Positions 52,660-64,000 of a stretch of 64,000 nucleotides of DNA are shown here, piece after piece. Each line of letters begins with the position of its first letter. Positions within the stretch are counted from its first letter, which is position 1. Source of the DNA: Lama guanicoe (Eukaryota); the NCBI GenBank assembly GCA_013239625.1, contig MU053810.1:372001-436000 (forward strand), written 5' to 3'. The notes beneath the pieces were generated by a model. That model ran no database searches, had not been told where the DNA came from, and was given only the letters and a program-made list of their open reading frames with translations. A program made the translations under genes and the position numbers.

Positions 52660-55600
52660 ACATCTGTGTTATCTTTAAAACGTTAGCAGGACCAGGTTGG
52701 GAGGACCCGACAGAACTCAGCCCCGGTGTGACTCCCCAGGTGTGACTCAGCCCCGGAAGAGCCCCAGTCCAGCACCAAGCCTCATCTTTCCTCCTCCTGG
52801 GTGTGCTTGGGGAACACCTCCCCCTCCCTCACACCAGAGTCTCGGGCATGTGGACGGTGCGACGGCACCCCACCCCTCAACCCCCAGCCGATTCCAACAC
52901 AATTCCAATTCTCTACCTGCTGAAAAGGAAAAACTAATGGCAGCAGCTAACTTTGGAGGCAACGGGGTAATAACTTGGCATTTGACTCAGAAAGAGATCC
53001 CCCCCAAAAGCAGGACCACTATAACATAACCCCTAGTCTCCTTTACCTATTTAGTTATACACGATTTCTATGTGCTGACATCCATTAAAACACAAAAACA
53101 CGAATGAACTAATGTTGACTCTTCTTATTCCAGCAATAAGTGATATACAGAAAACAATTGCAAAAAAAAAAAAAAGACAACAAAGAGCTCCCAGCATTTC
53201 ATTAGGAGATACATTTCCAAGTCAACATTACCTTCTCCTTTTAATATATTTATGGACATCTGTAATGCGTTAATATTTCATTCAAAGATATAATAGTAAT
53301 CAACCCCAGTAACGTAAATACAAGGGCTTTTCAGAGGCCCTTATAGCCACAGGAAATTTAATTGACAGGGAGAGACGTACTTCGTGCAACACCCAAGGAT
53401 AACATTCTGTGGGGATAGAATATGAATTCAAATTAAAAAGAGAATGAGGTAGCAATTCCAATGGTTAAAGAGGAGTCTATTTAAGCACTTTTTACAGGAA
53501 TGACAATGGTATCAATCAGTCTCTATGGTATTTAGATTCCACTGGTTATACTGAAGAGAATGATGGAATTGTTTTATTTAGAGATGTCACTATTCACAAT
53601 AAGCTGGAAATAACATCCTTTGCAACTCTTAAATTACAATGAAAAATCTTAGCTATCAACTCAAAATATGTGAGGAGGCAGATTCTTTTCTTTTCTTTTC
53701 TTTTCTTTTCTTTTTTGACCAAATGATTTTAGGCATTAGGTGAGTTAAAGGCACCATACAGCCCCCTCCGAGGGTAGGTTACCCCTCAGTTCCAGGTCTT
53801 AACATTTTGCAAGAGAAGCTGGAAATCTGAATTTTTCCATGTACAATTGATTTTTTTCTTAATATATTGGTTCAAAAAATTTTTAAAACAGCGTGCAGGC
53901 CAAACAAAACATAGCTGCAGGCCAACATCTTTTCTACCTTGACTCTCTGAACAACACTTAGCATCCTTTGTCAACTTTCCCATAGACTTAAAGGAGATGC
54001 ACTCATTGAAAAAAGCCCTCACTGAACAGCTTGGGCTGGGCCAGGCGCTATCCTGGGCCCTGGGGATCCAGAGATGGTGGAAACTCTACACCTGCCCTCC
54101 AGGAGGACAGCCTAGAGGGCCACAGACCAGGAGACAAACTTGCAACCTTGTCTGTGAAATCCAGGGCTGGAGTTAGACCTCGGGTGCAGCGGTCATGCAC
54201 CTTGGCTTGGGTAGGTCAGGAATAGATGCTTTATTTATGGACGCTTGGGGCTAAAGAGAGGACAGGACTAGAAGCATCCCCTGAAATCAACACAAGGTGT
54301 GACTTCAGTGATGTCAACCCGATTGTCTGCCTTGGGAAGGCTCCTTGGGAGATGGCCAACCAGGCAGACAGGAGCAAAGATGTCCCAAAGCTAAGGACAC
54401 CCAGACTGAGACAAAGCCAGCCCCTCTCCTCATTTCCAGTTTTTCTGTTTAAAACAGGCACAAGATGGAAATAAACCATTGAGACAAGATCCAAAAATAA
54501 TCTTAAGTGGGCATAAAAGCCCATACAAAATTTCTTCTTTTAATCACTTCTGGAAGGCAGCTGATAGGTACGCACACCAAAACGCAGCTTGTGAAGCAAT
54601 CAGCTTAATCTGTTTCTTTGAAAGATTAATTAAAACCGAGATTACCGGCAGCGACAGCTGAGCTGGGTCAGCCATCGGACCACGTTTGAGATGAGAGAGA
54701 AATTGTCTTAAGATCACACAAACACAGCTGCAAGCCAAACGTGGAGATGCCGCAGAAAACCTGCTTCTTCCTGGGCCCATAATTCAATTCCCAGGGATGA
54801 CACTTGAGTTAAAAACGTGAGCCTGGGGAAAAGCGCAAGGCAGGCAGGCGGCCTGCCCTATGGGCAGTGCCCACGGCAGCCGATGTGGCCTTGAACTCCG
54901 GGACCCAGCCAGCAACAGTTGCGGAAGGAGAGCACAGGGCACCGCCCGGAGGAACCGGCGATGGGGCAAGGAACCCGACTCTGGCTCTGAACTCCAGCAA
55001 GATTTTAAGTGCTTGTTTAAGGCCATGTCAAGGATCTGCCCAGCTGAGGCCCAGAACAGAAGCAGAGATAAGAAGCCAGAGCAAAAGTAAACACTGTCCG
55101 CACAGCCCCTGCTCCGTGGGGGCCTGGAAGGAAAGGCAGTGTCTCTAGTGGAGGGCTGCTTTTTTCAGCAAAAAGGAGATGAAGGAGGAGACCCTCCTGG
55201 AAATTCCAGAGCAACCAGAATGTGAACACACTGTCAGTGGACACAGTGCTAACATATTGAGAAAAAAAAAAACTCTCAATAGCACTCATCAGAAAAATAA
55301 CAATTTTGGCAACAATTCCCCAAGTTCTTCATTTCAAGACAAAAGAAGGAAGACAATGAAGATGAAAGGAGAGTAAAGAGAGGACAGTAGCAGTGAGAGG
55401 AGATCCCTCCGCTACTCCCTGCCAGGCCACTTAGGCCCCAGGGCCATGCCCAGCATCCCCCATCTCGACAGTCCACCCTGGACAGTCCACCCTGGATGCC
55501 CGTTTAAGAAGCCTGGGCTGCGGGCTACTGAAGACTACTCTTTAGGAAGTTTCTCCTAACATAGTAGAACATTCGTCTCGGCACTAGATGTCAGAAGCCC

Positions 55601-55979
55601 TGCATCCCAGCCCTACCTTGATGGCCCTTGTAGACCACCTGACCTCCCCACACCCCTCCCCATCTCTGCATTGGAAAGGCTGGACCAAAACTGAGTTCGC
55701 AGATGACCTGTCTGGACATTCCCACTCCAATATCCTCTCATCCTCCTGGGTCAGCAGTTCTAATTCAATGTCATGTAAAACCCCACGGCCAATCTCATTC
55801 TAGATGCCTCCACCGTGTGGATCAAGCAGCCAACAGAGTATAATAATGGACACAATAAATAATTGTTTCCTTTTAGGAAGAGAAAGAGTCGGAACACAGG
55901 GGAAGGCAGTAAAATGTGAATCTCCAATGTACTGTCAACACCAAAATGAGGGCCGGGCTTAAAGTAAAGATCTGATCAT

Positions 55980-56100
55980 GGCCTGCATTTCCTCATCTGT
56001 AAAATGGGAATAATCATCAGAGTCTACTCTACAGGGGAGTCATTAAAAGTGAATGAGTTTCTGTAAAGCACTTAGAACAAAAGGTGACTATGCGCTAGGT
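55980..56100 (+). mobile_element. MIR relic
   Basis: tttcctcatctgtaaaatgggaataat...gtaaagcacttagaaca. Confidence 0.7.
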
Positions 56101-56412
56101 GTTTACATAAAAACCAAGAACCATCCTAGCTACCATCAGGAAGGAGCTAGAAATTACACCTGAGTCAAACTGGAGAGGCACTGGCTGCAATGGGAAGGTC
56201 CCTTGGGACAGCACCAGAACACAGCCCTGCTTGTCCCAGATCCCAGGTGAAGCAGCTCTCTCCCTGTGCCGTCCCCTCCAGCCCTGCCTCTGTGGGACAT
56301 CTGTGCCAGCCTCCCAGCTCTGCTCCCAGCCTGCAGGACCTCCCAGCTCCAGGGTCCCCTACCCCAGACCTGAGGTCGATTTCTAGTATTCTAACATTAG
56401 AATATTTCATTC

Positions 56413-56640
56413 TTTTTTTATTGACGCATAGTCAGATTACAATGTGTCCATTTCTGGTGTACAGCATAATGTTTCATATGTATACATACACATTCATAGA
56501 TTCATTTTCTTTTTCTTTTTCATTATAGGTTACCACAAGGTATTGAATATAGTCCCCTGTGCTACACAGAAGAAGTCTGTTGTTTATCTATTTTATAGAT
56601 AGTAGTTAATATTTGCAGATCTTGAACTCCCAATTTATTA
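56413..56640 (-). mobile_element. L1 3' UTR fragment
   Basis: Antisense L1 terminus, same family as 13562-13890. Confidence 0.82.
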
Positions 56641-57238
56641 CATTCTAGTAGTTTGTATCACCACATCCTGGATATTCTAATGGCTTGCATCACCAGCTAA
56701 AATTAGAAACATTTTAGCCTAGAACTCAAAATGAATCATGACCTGACCCCTTACTGATCTTTCTAACCTTACTTCCTACTGGCTCTTTCATGCATCCCTC
56801 ACACCCACCTGAGTCCCACCCTGGATGGCAACCCTCCCATCGCCCATGTGGTGCTCGGCCCTGGTCTGTTCATCCTGCCCGTGGTTCCTGCCTCCAAAGA
56901 TGGACATCCCTGCAAGCCTCAAGGGCTGTCTCCTCCTCTAACTGGTCCCCTAGGGCTCCCCTGCAGATGGAGTTCACGTCTCCGTGCCTGAACTCACACA
57001 CCTTGCATCTCTGCGTAGGGGAGGCAGAGGAGTGCCCCACCGGGAGTGCCCCACCCTAGCCCTGTGGCTTCCTAGCTCAATGTCGCTGTGTCAGAGAATT
57101 AACATCTCTGAACCGATCTCCCTGCGGGGATGAGGATAAAGGGGGATAATATATAGAAGAATGCTGGGTTTAAATTCTCTTTGCTTTCTCTCTCTCGTGG
57201 AATTTATTACTTCTCTAAATTTTATGGTAGTCATTTAG

Positions 57239-60200
57239 TTTTTTTTTGGCTCTCAGATTTTATTAGATGGAGTTGGGCAAAAGAGAAAACCTCTGAAACA
57301 GTCGCCCACCTGGTTTAGGACAACCAAAATACAGGAGTCTTTGCTTGGAGACATTGCTCTCATTGAGATGAAAGAGCATCTTCAATTTTTTTAAAAGGGG
57401 AGCTTCCCTGCCGTAGGCAGGTTTGGAGGCTTGTGACTTGGGCTGCAGGGAGCTGGGCTGGCTGCGCTGACCGGAGCCACGCTGAGCATCCTGCGGCAGG
57501 TGGTGGTGTAACAGCTGTGAGTGAGGCTGCTGGTGGGCGGGCAGGATGTGCAAGAACAGTGGGGGTGCATAACCAGGGGCTGCACCAGGAGCCAGGGGCC
57601 CGGTGGAGCCCAAGGCCAAGGGCAAGCTGAACGGTGGAGGGGTCCCTGCATGAAATCCTTGCTTGTCAAAATACTGAGTCTGTTGTAGACAGAACCAGTC
57701 ATATCAGGGAGACCACTGGTGCTTGAAGATGCGGACACTCCTTTGCCAGGCCCAGAACCTGCAGACTTGTTCTGTGCCTGCAATGATCCACCACAGCCAC
57801 CCTTGGTGTAGTCTCCCGCTGCTGTCCCCTGGGTCAGGTCGTCATAACCTGCGCCGTAGCTGTGCTGGCCGTAACCACCGGCCTGCTGGAAAGGGGTGGG
57901 GGAGGTGCTGAGGCTCACACCATGCTGCTTGGCTGAGGCTGGAGGGACAAACATGGTGGGCCCGTACTGGAAGGCACTGGGCACGCTTGTGTAGTAGGGG
58001 AGGCCAGTGTAGCTGTAGCCAGGTGGCAGCACAGGATTCAGAAAGGGCTGCTGGCTGTGTGGTGGGGCTGCGACTGGCTCTGCTGTGGCTGAGCCAGTGT
58101 GGTGGGGGGCACAGGGGATGCAGAGTCACCTGGACCAAACTTCACGACATCACCTGAATATGGGTTATAAGTGAGGCTCCCATCTCGACTGGCAAGGGCT
58201 GTGGGTGTAGCAAAAGGAATCCCACAGTAAATCCACTGGCAGCCGTGACTGCGGCATCTGGAGCTCGTCGTGGCCATAGATCGGGTGGGCGGGAAGCAGT
58301 CCTGCGGGGCCTACGAGGTACTGATTGTGCAGCAGGGGAGGCACCCCCTGGGGCAGGTTAGGGGGTGCTTTGCCTAAGGTCACCAACGGCGTGGCCCCGG
58401 CACTGCCGCTGGGGGCACTCACGGCGGTACCGCCCAGGCGGAGGCTGTGCACTGCACTCATGCTGCTCGGCAGGCTGAGCCCTGAGGACGGGGCACTTGA
58501 GGCAGAGGTTGCTGGTGTGGAGAAGGTGGCTGAGGACTGGAGGGGAGGGCGCTCTCCACGCTGACATGTGTGTGTGCTGCGCTGGAGGAGAGGGCTGTGT
58601 GCGCAGATGGGAGGCTGCTCTGATGGCTGGAGAGGGAGCTACTTAGCTGAGAGAGGGGGCTGCCAGACAGGTCACCAGGCTGGGACAAGGCAGGCAGAGT
58701 GGCAGTGTGCTGGGACGTGGTGGGCAGAAGTGGAGTGCAGGAGGTGGTGCTGGGCAGGGAGCCCACAGATGGGAGGGCAGAGGGCGGGGCTGTCTCTGGA
58801 GCTGGAACGGATGAAGAAGTGTCTATTGTCTGCTGACTTCAACTACCATGTCCATTCGGGACGGTTCCTGGAGCCGACTCTGACAGACTCACAGAGCTCT
58901 GGTATGCGGTCTTGCTGTGCACAGGACTCTGGTCATAGGAGGAAGACATGGTTACTGGGCCAGTGGGGCTCAGAGATGAGCTGGTCAGGCTGAGGAGGTG
59001 AGCACTGAAGTTGTGCTGCACTGGTCATTGGGAGAGAGATATTCAAAGAATCACTTGAAGACTTCAAATACAAGCTAATGCGAATCTGGCTACTATTTTC
59101 ACTGCTTGTAGCTGATCCGAATTCAGAGAGAGACGGTTCTGATCCAAATTCCAAGGCACCAAACTGAACATTTAATCCTGCGACATCTGCTGAACCAGGC
59201 ATTTCCACTGCAGAAGCTGGGTTCTTAGAATCTGGAGGTATTCGCCGCTTAGGGATTCGCCGCTTAGGGAGCTTGATTTTAGGCTGTGGTTGGTGAGCAG
59301 ACACAGCGATGTTTTCGACAGTCATGCTTGGAAGCTGCAAAAGTTTGTTCACAGTGGAGGTACTACCGTCTCTGGCTGTTGACTCTCGGAGTTTCACCTG
59401 GGAAGGAAAGGACTCCAACCCAGCAGGAACAGTGATTGCCAGCATCTGGTGCTGATGCCGCTGGCTCAACTGGCTAAGAACAGTGGATGGTTCGGGCTGA
59501 GATCCAAAGTCAAAATGACTAAGGACTGAGGACTGGGATGCTGAGGGCTTGAGGTCCCAAGAAGTGGCTGTGGGGGGACTTGTACTATTCTGTTGTGAAC
59601 TTGGGGTGGTGGCAAACTGGCCCAAACTCGGAGCTTTCAGCTGGTCCAAAATCTGGGAACTGGTGATGTCTACCATTTTTGAAGGTGCAAGCTCTCCAAA
59701 TCCTGACCCAAGGACGGATGACAGGCTCTGAGGAGAACAGGAGTTGACAGTGGTGGAACTGCCAGTCCCTGGTGCCATCTGACTGTTGTGCTCAGAATTC
59801 GTGAAGATAAGGGCTTGGCCAAAACCCTGCTGCTGGGAAGTTTCAACGGAGCTGACTTCTGAGGCTTGACTAGGAGGTTTCTGGAGCAAGGCTACCAGAT
59901 CAACACTTTGCCCAGGTGTGACATGATTCTCTGCTGGAACAGACGAGGAAGTGAAGACCTTTGTTTCAGAAAGACTTCAGTCCAGTCTTCTGTTGTCCAC
60001 TCTTCCACAGAATTCTTCCAGACCCCAGTTCCCCTATCTGCACCATTCTGAGCAGCTTCCCAAACTACTGGTTTTGTCCCACACCCATCTATAGATGGAG
60101 AATCTGAATAGTCCACAGGATCAGATGTCCCCATGCCTTGGGCTGAGAATCTTCCTGCCCCTCTCCCTCTGCCACGTCCAAATCCTCTACCATGAGCTCG

Positions 60201-60811
60201 CTTTCCACGGTCTGAAGGCTTGTCCCCTTGACTGCACTCAATTCCATTCTCTTTGCCCCTAAACTCGCTCCCACGATTGCCACCTCTTCCTTTCCAGTTG
60301 TTATTTCCACGCCCATGATTCACTTCTCTCTCACTTTTCTCTCTATTCTCTTTGTTTTCTGAACTCTCTTTTCCAAAATTCTTCTTCTTCCCTCCTACAG
60401 TCTCCCATGAAGTTGTCTGAATTCCCTTCCAGTAATATATTGATAGCTTTGTTGATATCTCCATTACAGTCACATAGAGCCACTATGCATTCATCCTGAT
60501 TTTCTCCTGTCACTTCCATAAGCTGTTTAACCTTAGCTTCAAACTCAATCGTTTTTATCAAACATCACTTGAGTGAGACGCATCTGTTCAGCTGTAGCCT
60601 GTACCACTTGTTTCTGTAGCTGTGTTGCCTGTGTCGCTGAAATCTGTTTTTTCCCGAGCACTTCTGGAACAGTCATTGCTCACCGAATTCATCATATACA
60701 GTATATACAAAATAACGTCTGCACAAAATAGAAAATCACTGCTGCTCTCGCTGGACTCGGGACCCGCCGCCGCTCATTACCTGCCAATGTGCCTCTTACA
60801 AAGCAGCAGCC
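57239..60811 (-). pseudogene. UBAP2: Processed pseudogene (retrocopy) of ubiquitin-associated protein 2
   Basis: Intronless, colinear translation of recognisable UBAP2 segments across shifting frames: MMNSVSND (ATG at 60695), UBA-like FEAKVKQLMEVTGENQDECIVAL, RGG region GRGFGRGRGRGAGRF, WKNSVEEWTTEDWTE, NVQFGALEFGSEPSLSEFG, GKAPPNLPQGVPPLLHNQY, PPGYSYTGLPYY and KSQASKPAYG. GC-rich 5' UTR at 60696-60811. AATAAA at 57259-57264 (minus), A9 tail at 57239-57247, TSD GTCATTTAG at 57230-57238 and 60812-60820. Multiple frameshifts and stops (e.g. TGA at 58839-58841); the native ATG frame stops after 35 codons. Confidence 0.97.
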
Positions 60812-61968
60812 GTCATTTAGGTTTGTAAGTTTTCTTCCCACTGATGAGATGAGTTCCCTGAGTGCAGGATGTCTGTCTTTCTCAAAGGCCTGATGTGTTG
60901 TGAGAGCTGCACAAAAATGTCCTGAATGGATGAATGAACAGGTGGATGGAATACTTTATACTTGGCTTCAGTATTTTTTGTTATTTTACACTCGCTCCCC
61001 ATTTAGACCTACATCATTGTTAAGGACAGTAACTAGCACATAAATTAATACAGATGCCCAGACGGTTCTGAGGAAGGGCACTCATCTTCTGAGTCTTGAA
61101 TGATTCGATTCCATTCACTCACATTGGTCTGTTCTCTACTGGTTCCTTCATATATCACCAGAAAGCACTGACCGTGACCCTCTGCAGCCTATCGAAGGGC
61201 AGAACCCCTCTTCCCAAATTCACCCACGGGCAGTGTGAGGACGTTTTAAAAGGCTTGTCCAACTTCACCAACTGGGGTGTTTTGCTTTTCTTTAAAAAAA
61301 AAATTTGAAAATCATCATCCTGAAAAGGAATATTTTATTCATGCCAGTTTAAGTAGTGGCAGGAAAATATTCAGTACTCAAAATGGAATGAGAAAAAAAA
61401 ACCGTCAGCATGAATTTCCAAAGGCATCTGGAAAACTGGCAAAAGAATTAAAAATGTGAAAGCAACCGGTGATCCCAGCTGGAGTGAAATTGCCTCCCCG
61501 TGGAAACCCTGAAGAGAAAGCAGGCTTCTAAGATGGATTGCTTGATGCCTTCTCTTTACATGCGATACCGCCCCTAGGACTGCTTCAGGAATTCCCAAAG
61601 ACAATCCCCCTGGAAAGTTCAGTTACATAGTGGTTCTGATTGAATCTGGGAAAAGCAAACCCACAACTTGTCCCCAGGGCTCCAGTCTTCAAATTCATGT
61701 ACTGGATTTTGTATTGAGACTGACAGGAATCCCGGCAGAAGTCTGACTGGGAACAGAAGTTAAACCTTCCCCTATACCCAGAGTGGTCAAAAGACTGAGA
61801 TTCCAACACACCAAGATCCGAGTTTCCTCTCTCTTAGCAGGAGAGGGTGATGGCTCAACATGTCCACTCTGGAAGCAGCCAGAACTGAACTGGAAACCCG
61901 TCCCCTGACTCAGGGCCAGACTTAGAGCACATCAGTGACCCCCCCACTGAATCCCATTGACTTGATTC

Positions 61969-62167
61969 TTTTTTTTTCTTTTTTAGTTTTAGTATTTTTT
62001 TCTTTTTTAGTTTTTTTTCCTTTGTTAGTTTTTGTTTTTGTTTTTTGAGTGGGAGAGGTAATTAGGTTTATTTATTTTATTTATTTTTAGAGGAGGTACT
62101 GGGGATTGAACCCAGAACCTCCTGAATGTTAAGCATGTGCTCTACCACTTGAGCTATACCCTCCCCC
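61969..62167 (-). mobile_element. vic-1-like tRNA-derived SINE
   Basis: Minus strand reads GGGGGAGGGTATAGCTCAAGTGGTAGAGC...GGTTCAATCCCCAGTACC with a long A-rich tail. TSD CAT(T/C)GACTTGATTC at 61955-61968 and 62169-62182. Confidence 0.88.
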
Positions 62168-62956
62168 TCATCGACTTGATTCCTAAAGTCAACATTACCT
62201 AAGACAGCATTCCACAGCCAAGTACACTGACCTTCTGAATCTACCAGCCAGAAGGACCGCCCCATGGGCACAGCTGGACCCACATTTCAGACCAGGATAA
62301 GCAGCTCGGTAGCTGTGTGACCTTGGGCAAGTCCCTGGACCCCTCTGGGCTTCCGTTTCCTCCTGCGTCACTCACACACTGGACGAGATGCTCCTGCCCT
62401 CACTTCACATGCATGTCAGGGGACCAAGAGATGGGAAACACAGGGGTCTTCAGAAGCACTGGCCCTGCCCTCTGACCTGGGTTTTGCTCTTGCACACTGG
62501 GCCCTGTTCTGTCCCTGGCTCGCTGTGTGATGCTGAACAACATACTTAGCTTTTCTGTGCCAGGTTTTTTTTTTTCCTTTATAAAACATGTGGATAAGCC
62601 ATATATGTGCAAAGTCCCTTGTAGATCTAGAGTTCTACTCATCGGAGAAGTCTCTTTCACTGGGGAGTAAAACAAAATCACTTTATAGTTCTTCAGCCCC
62701 TTGGTGCAAATCATTAACAGGATGACTATAAAAATTCTGCATTGGCTTTGAAAATGGACAGGCCATGGGCGGCAAGTGTTTTATGAAAGGTCCTGTAGAA
62801 TATAAACATGATGTATTCACTCCTCTAAAGAAGCCAGAGCAATCTACTGGTTACCCCTGTGACTCAAAATGAAATCCCATCCAGGATGACCAAGCACCTC
62901 CTGAACTTAAAGTCACCTGCAGGGGGTGCCTCCCATGTCTAGTGTTAAAATCACCT

Positions 62957-63653
62957 CCAAGAATCCCACTCCTGGGCATATATCCAGAGGGAACTCTAAT
63001 TTGAAAAGATACATGCACCCCAATGTTCATAGGTGCACTATATACAACAGCCAAGACATGAAAGCAACGTAAATGTCCAACGACAGATGACTGGATAAAG
63101 AAGTTGTGGTATATTTCTACAATGGAATACTACTCAGCCATAAAAAAGAATAAAATAATGCCATTTGCAGAAACGTGGATGGACCCTGAGATCATCATTC
63201 TAAGTGAAGTAGAACAGAAAGAGAAAGAAAAATAACATATGACATCACTCATATATGGAATCTAAAAAAGGGAAAAAGAAGACACTAATGAACTCATTTA
63301 CAAAACAGAAACAGACTCACAGACATAGTAAACAATATTACGGTTACCAGGAGGAAAGAGGGTGCGAAGGGATAAACTGGGAGTTCAAGATTTGTGAATA
63401 TTAACTACTACATATAAGTTAGATAAACAGTAAGTTTTTTCTGTCTAGCACAGGGAACTATATTCAATATCTTGTAGTAACCTATAATGAAAATGAACAA
63501 ACATATGTATGACTGAAACATTATGCTGCACACCAGAAATAACTGATGCACTGTACACTGAATATACTTCAATTTAAAATATATATATATATATATATAT
63601 ACATATGGACCTCAGAAATAAAAATCTACTCAAATCTCAAACAAACAAACAAG
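62957..63653 (+). mobile_element. L1 3' fragment with (TA)n tail and extra 3' segment
   Basis: ORF2 end plus 3' UTR, (TA)n at 63580-63601, TT/AAAA endonuclease site at 62945-62950, direct repeat AAATCACCT at 62948-62956 and 63654-63662. Confidence 0.88.
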
Positions 63654-64000
63654 AAATCACCTACCAGAAAAGCGGCCTCCTCGCTGGGGCTCTGGGAGAC
63701 TTACTACCAGTACAGATGCAGAATTCACCCTCTTCCCTTGTCTCAAATCCATATGGGAGGCATTGAAAAAAAGAAGACCACAGGTGACAGTTCAAAGCCA
63801 CAGATTTTGTGACCACTTTATTCTCAGCCTCTTCCCCAAAAAGGAAAGGGCTCTGGCAGAATAACAGTTGACAAGGACACCAGGTCAAGAAAGACAGTTT
63901 CCTTATAAACGAAAATTTCAAACTCACAGCCATTAACACTCACCCGAAATAACTGGATAGGAGCCAACTAGGAAAGGGCACGTTACTAAAACTGGCCCTC

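Noticed and set aside
53770..53930. Possible hAT DNA-transposon relic
   Set aside because: Some motifs look familiar, but I could not define termini or family.
55467..55494. 14-bp tandem duplication (also a 17-bp one at 16027-16060)
   Set aside because: Ordinary two-unit slippage duplications with no spacers; not CRISPR-like or otherwise structured.
58933..59889. 318-aa ORF as a functional UBAP2 CDS
   Set aside because: It starts at TTG, is one fragment of a frameshifted intronless retrocopy, and runs out of frame at its end.

Overview
Mammalian genomic DNA, very probably camelid: it carries three copies of a tRNA-derived SINE matching camelid vic-1. I found no intact protein-coding gene, RNA gene or CRISPR array. 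The window looks intronic or intergenic and is dense in transposon relics (L1 3' ends, L2, MIR, MER5A, Tigger, an LTR33-like solo LTR). The dominant feature is a near full-length processed pseudogene of UBAP2 on the minus strand (57239-60811), with 5' UTR, poly(A) signal, A-tail, target-site duplication (TSD) and about a dozen disabling lesions. It appears to record a non-canonical mRNA: a 66-nt internal segment is missing, and the normal C-terminus/stop is replaced by a different 3' end. Several L1 insertions show their mechanism (nesting, twin-priming inversion, scrambled pieces, a possible 3' transduction). A few minus-strand splice signals, including a recursive-splice-site-like motif and a CpG-rich patch ending in a donor, hint at an unidentified minus-strand host gene. 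I see no evidence for a wholly new biological system. Repeat family names and UBAP2 comparisons come from recalled consensus sequences, not database searches, and boundaries without TSDs are approximate.
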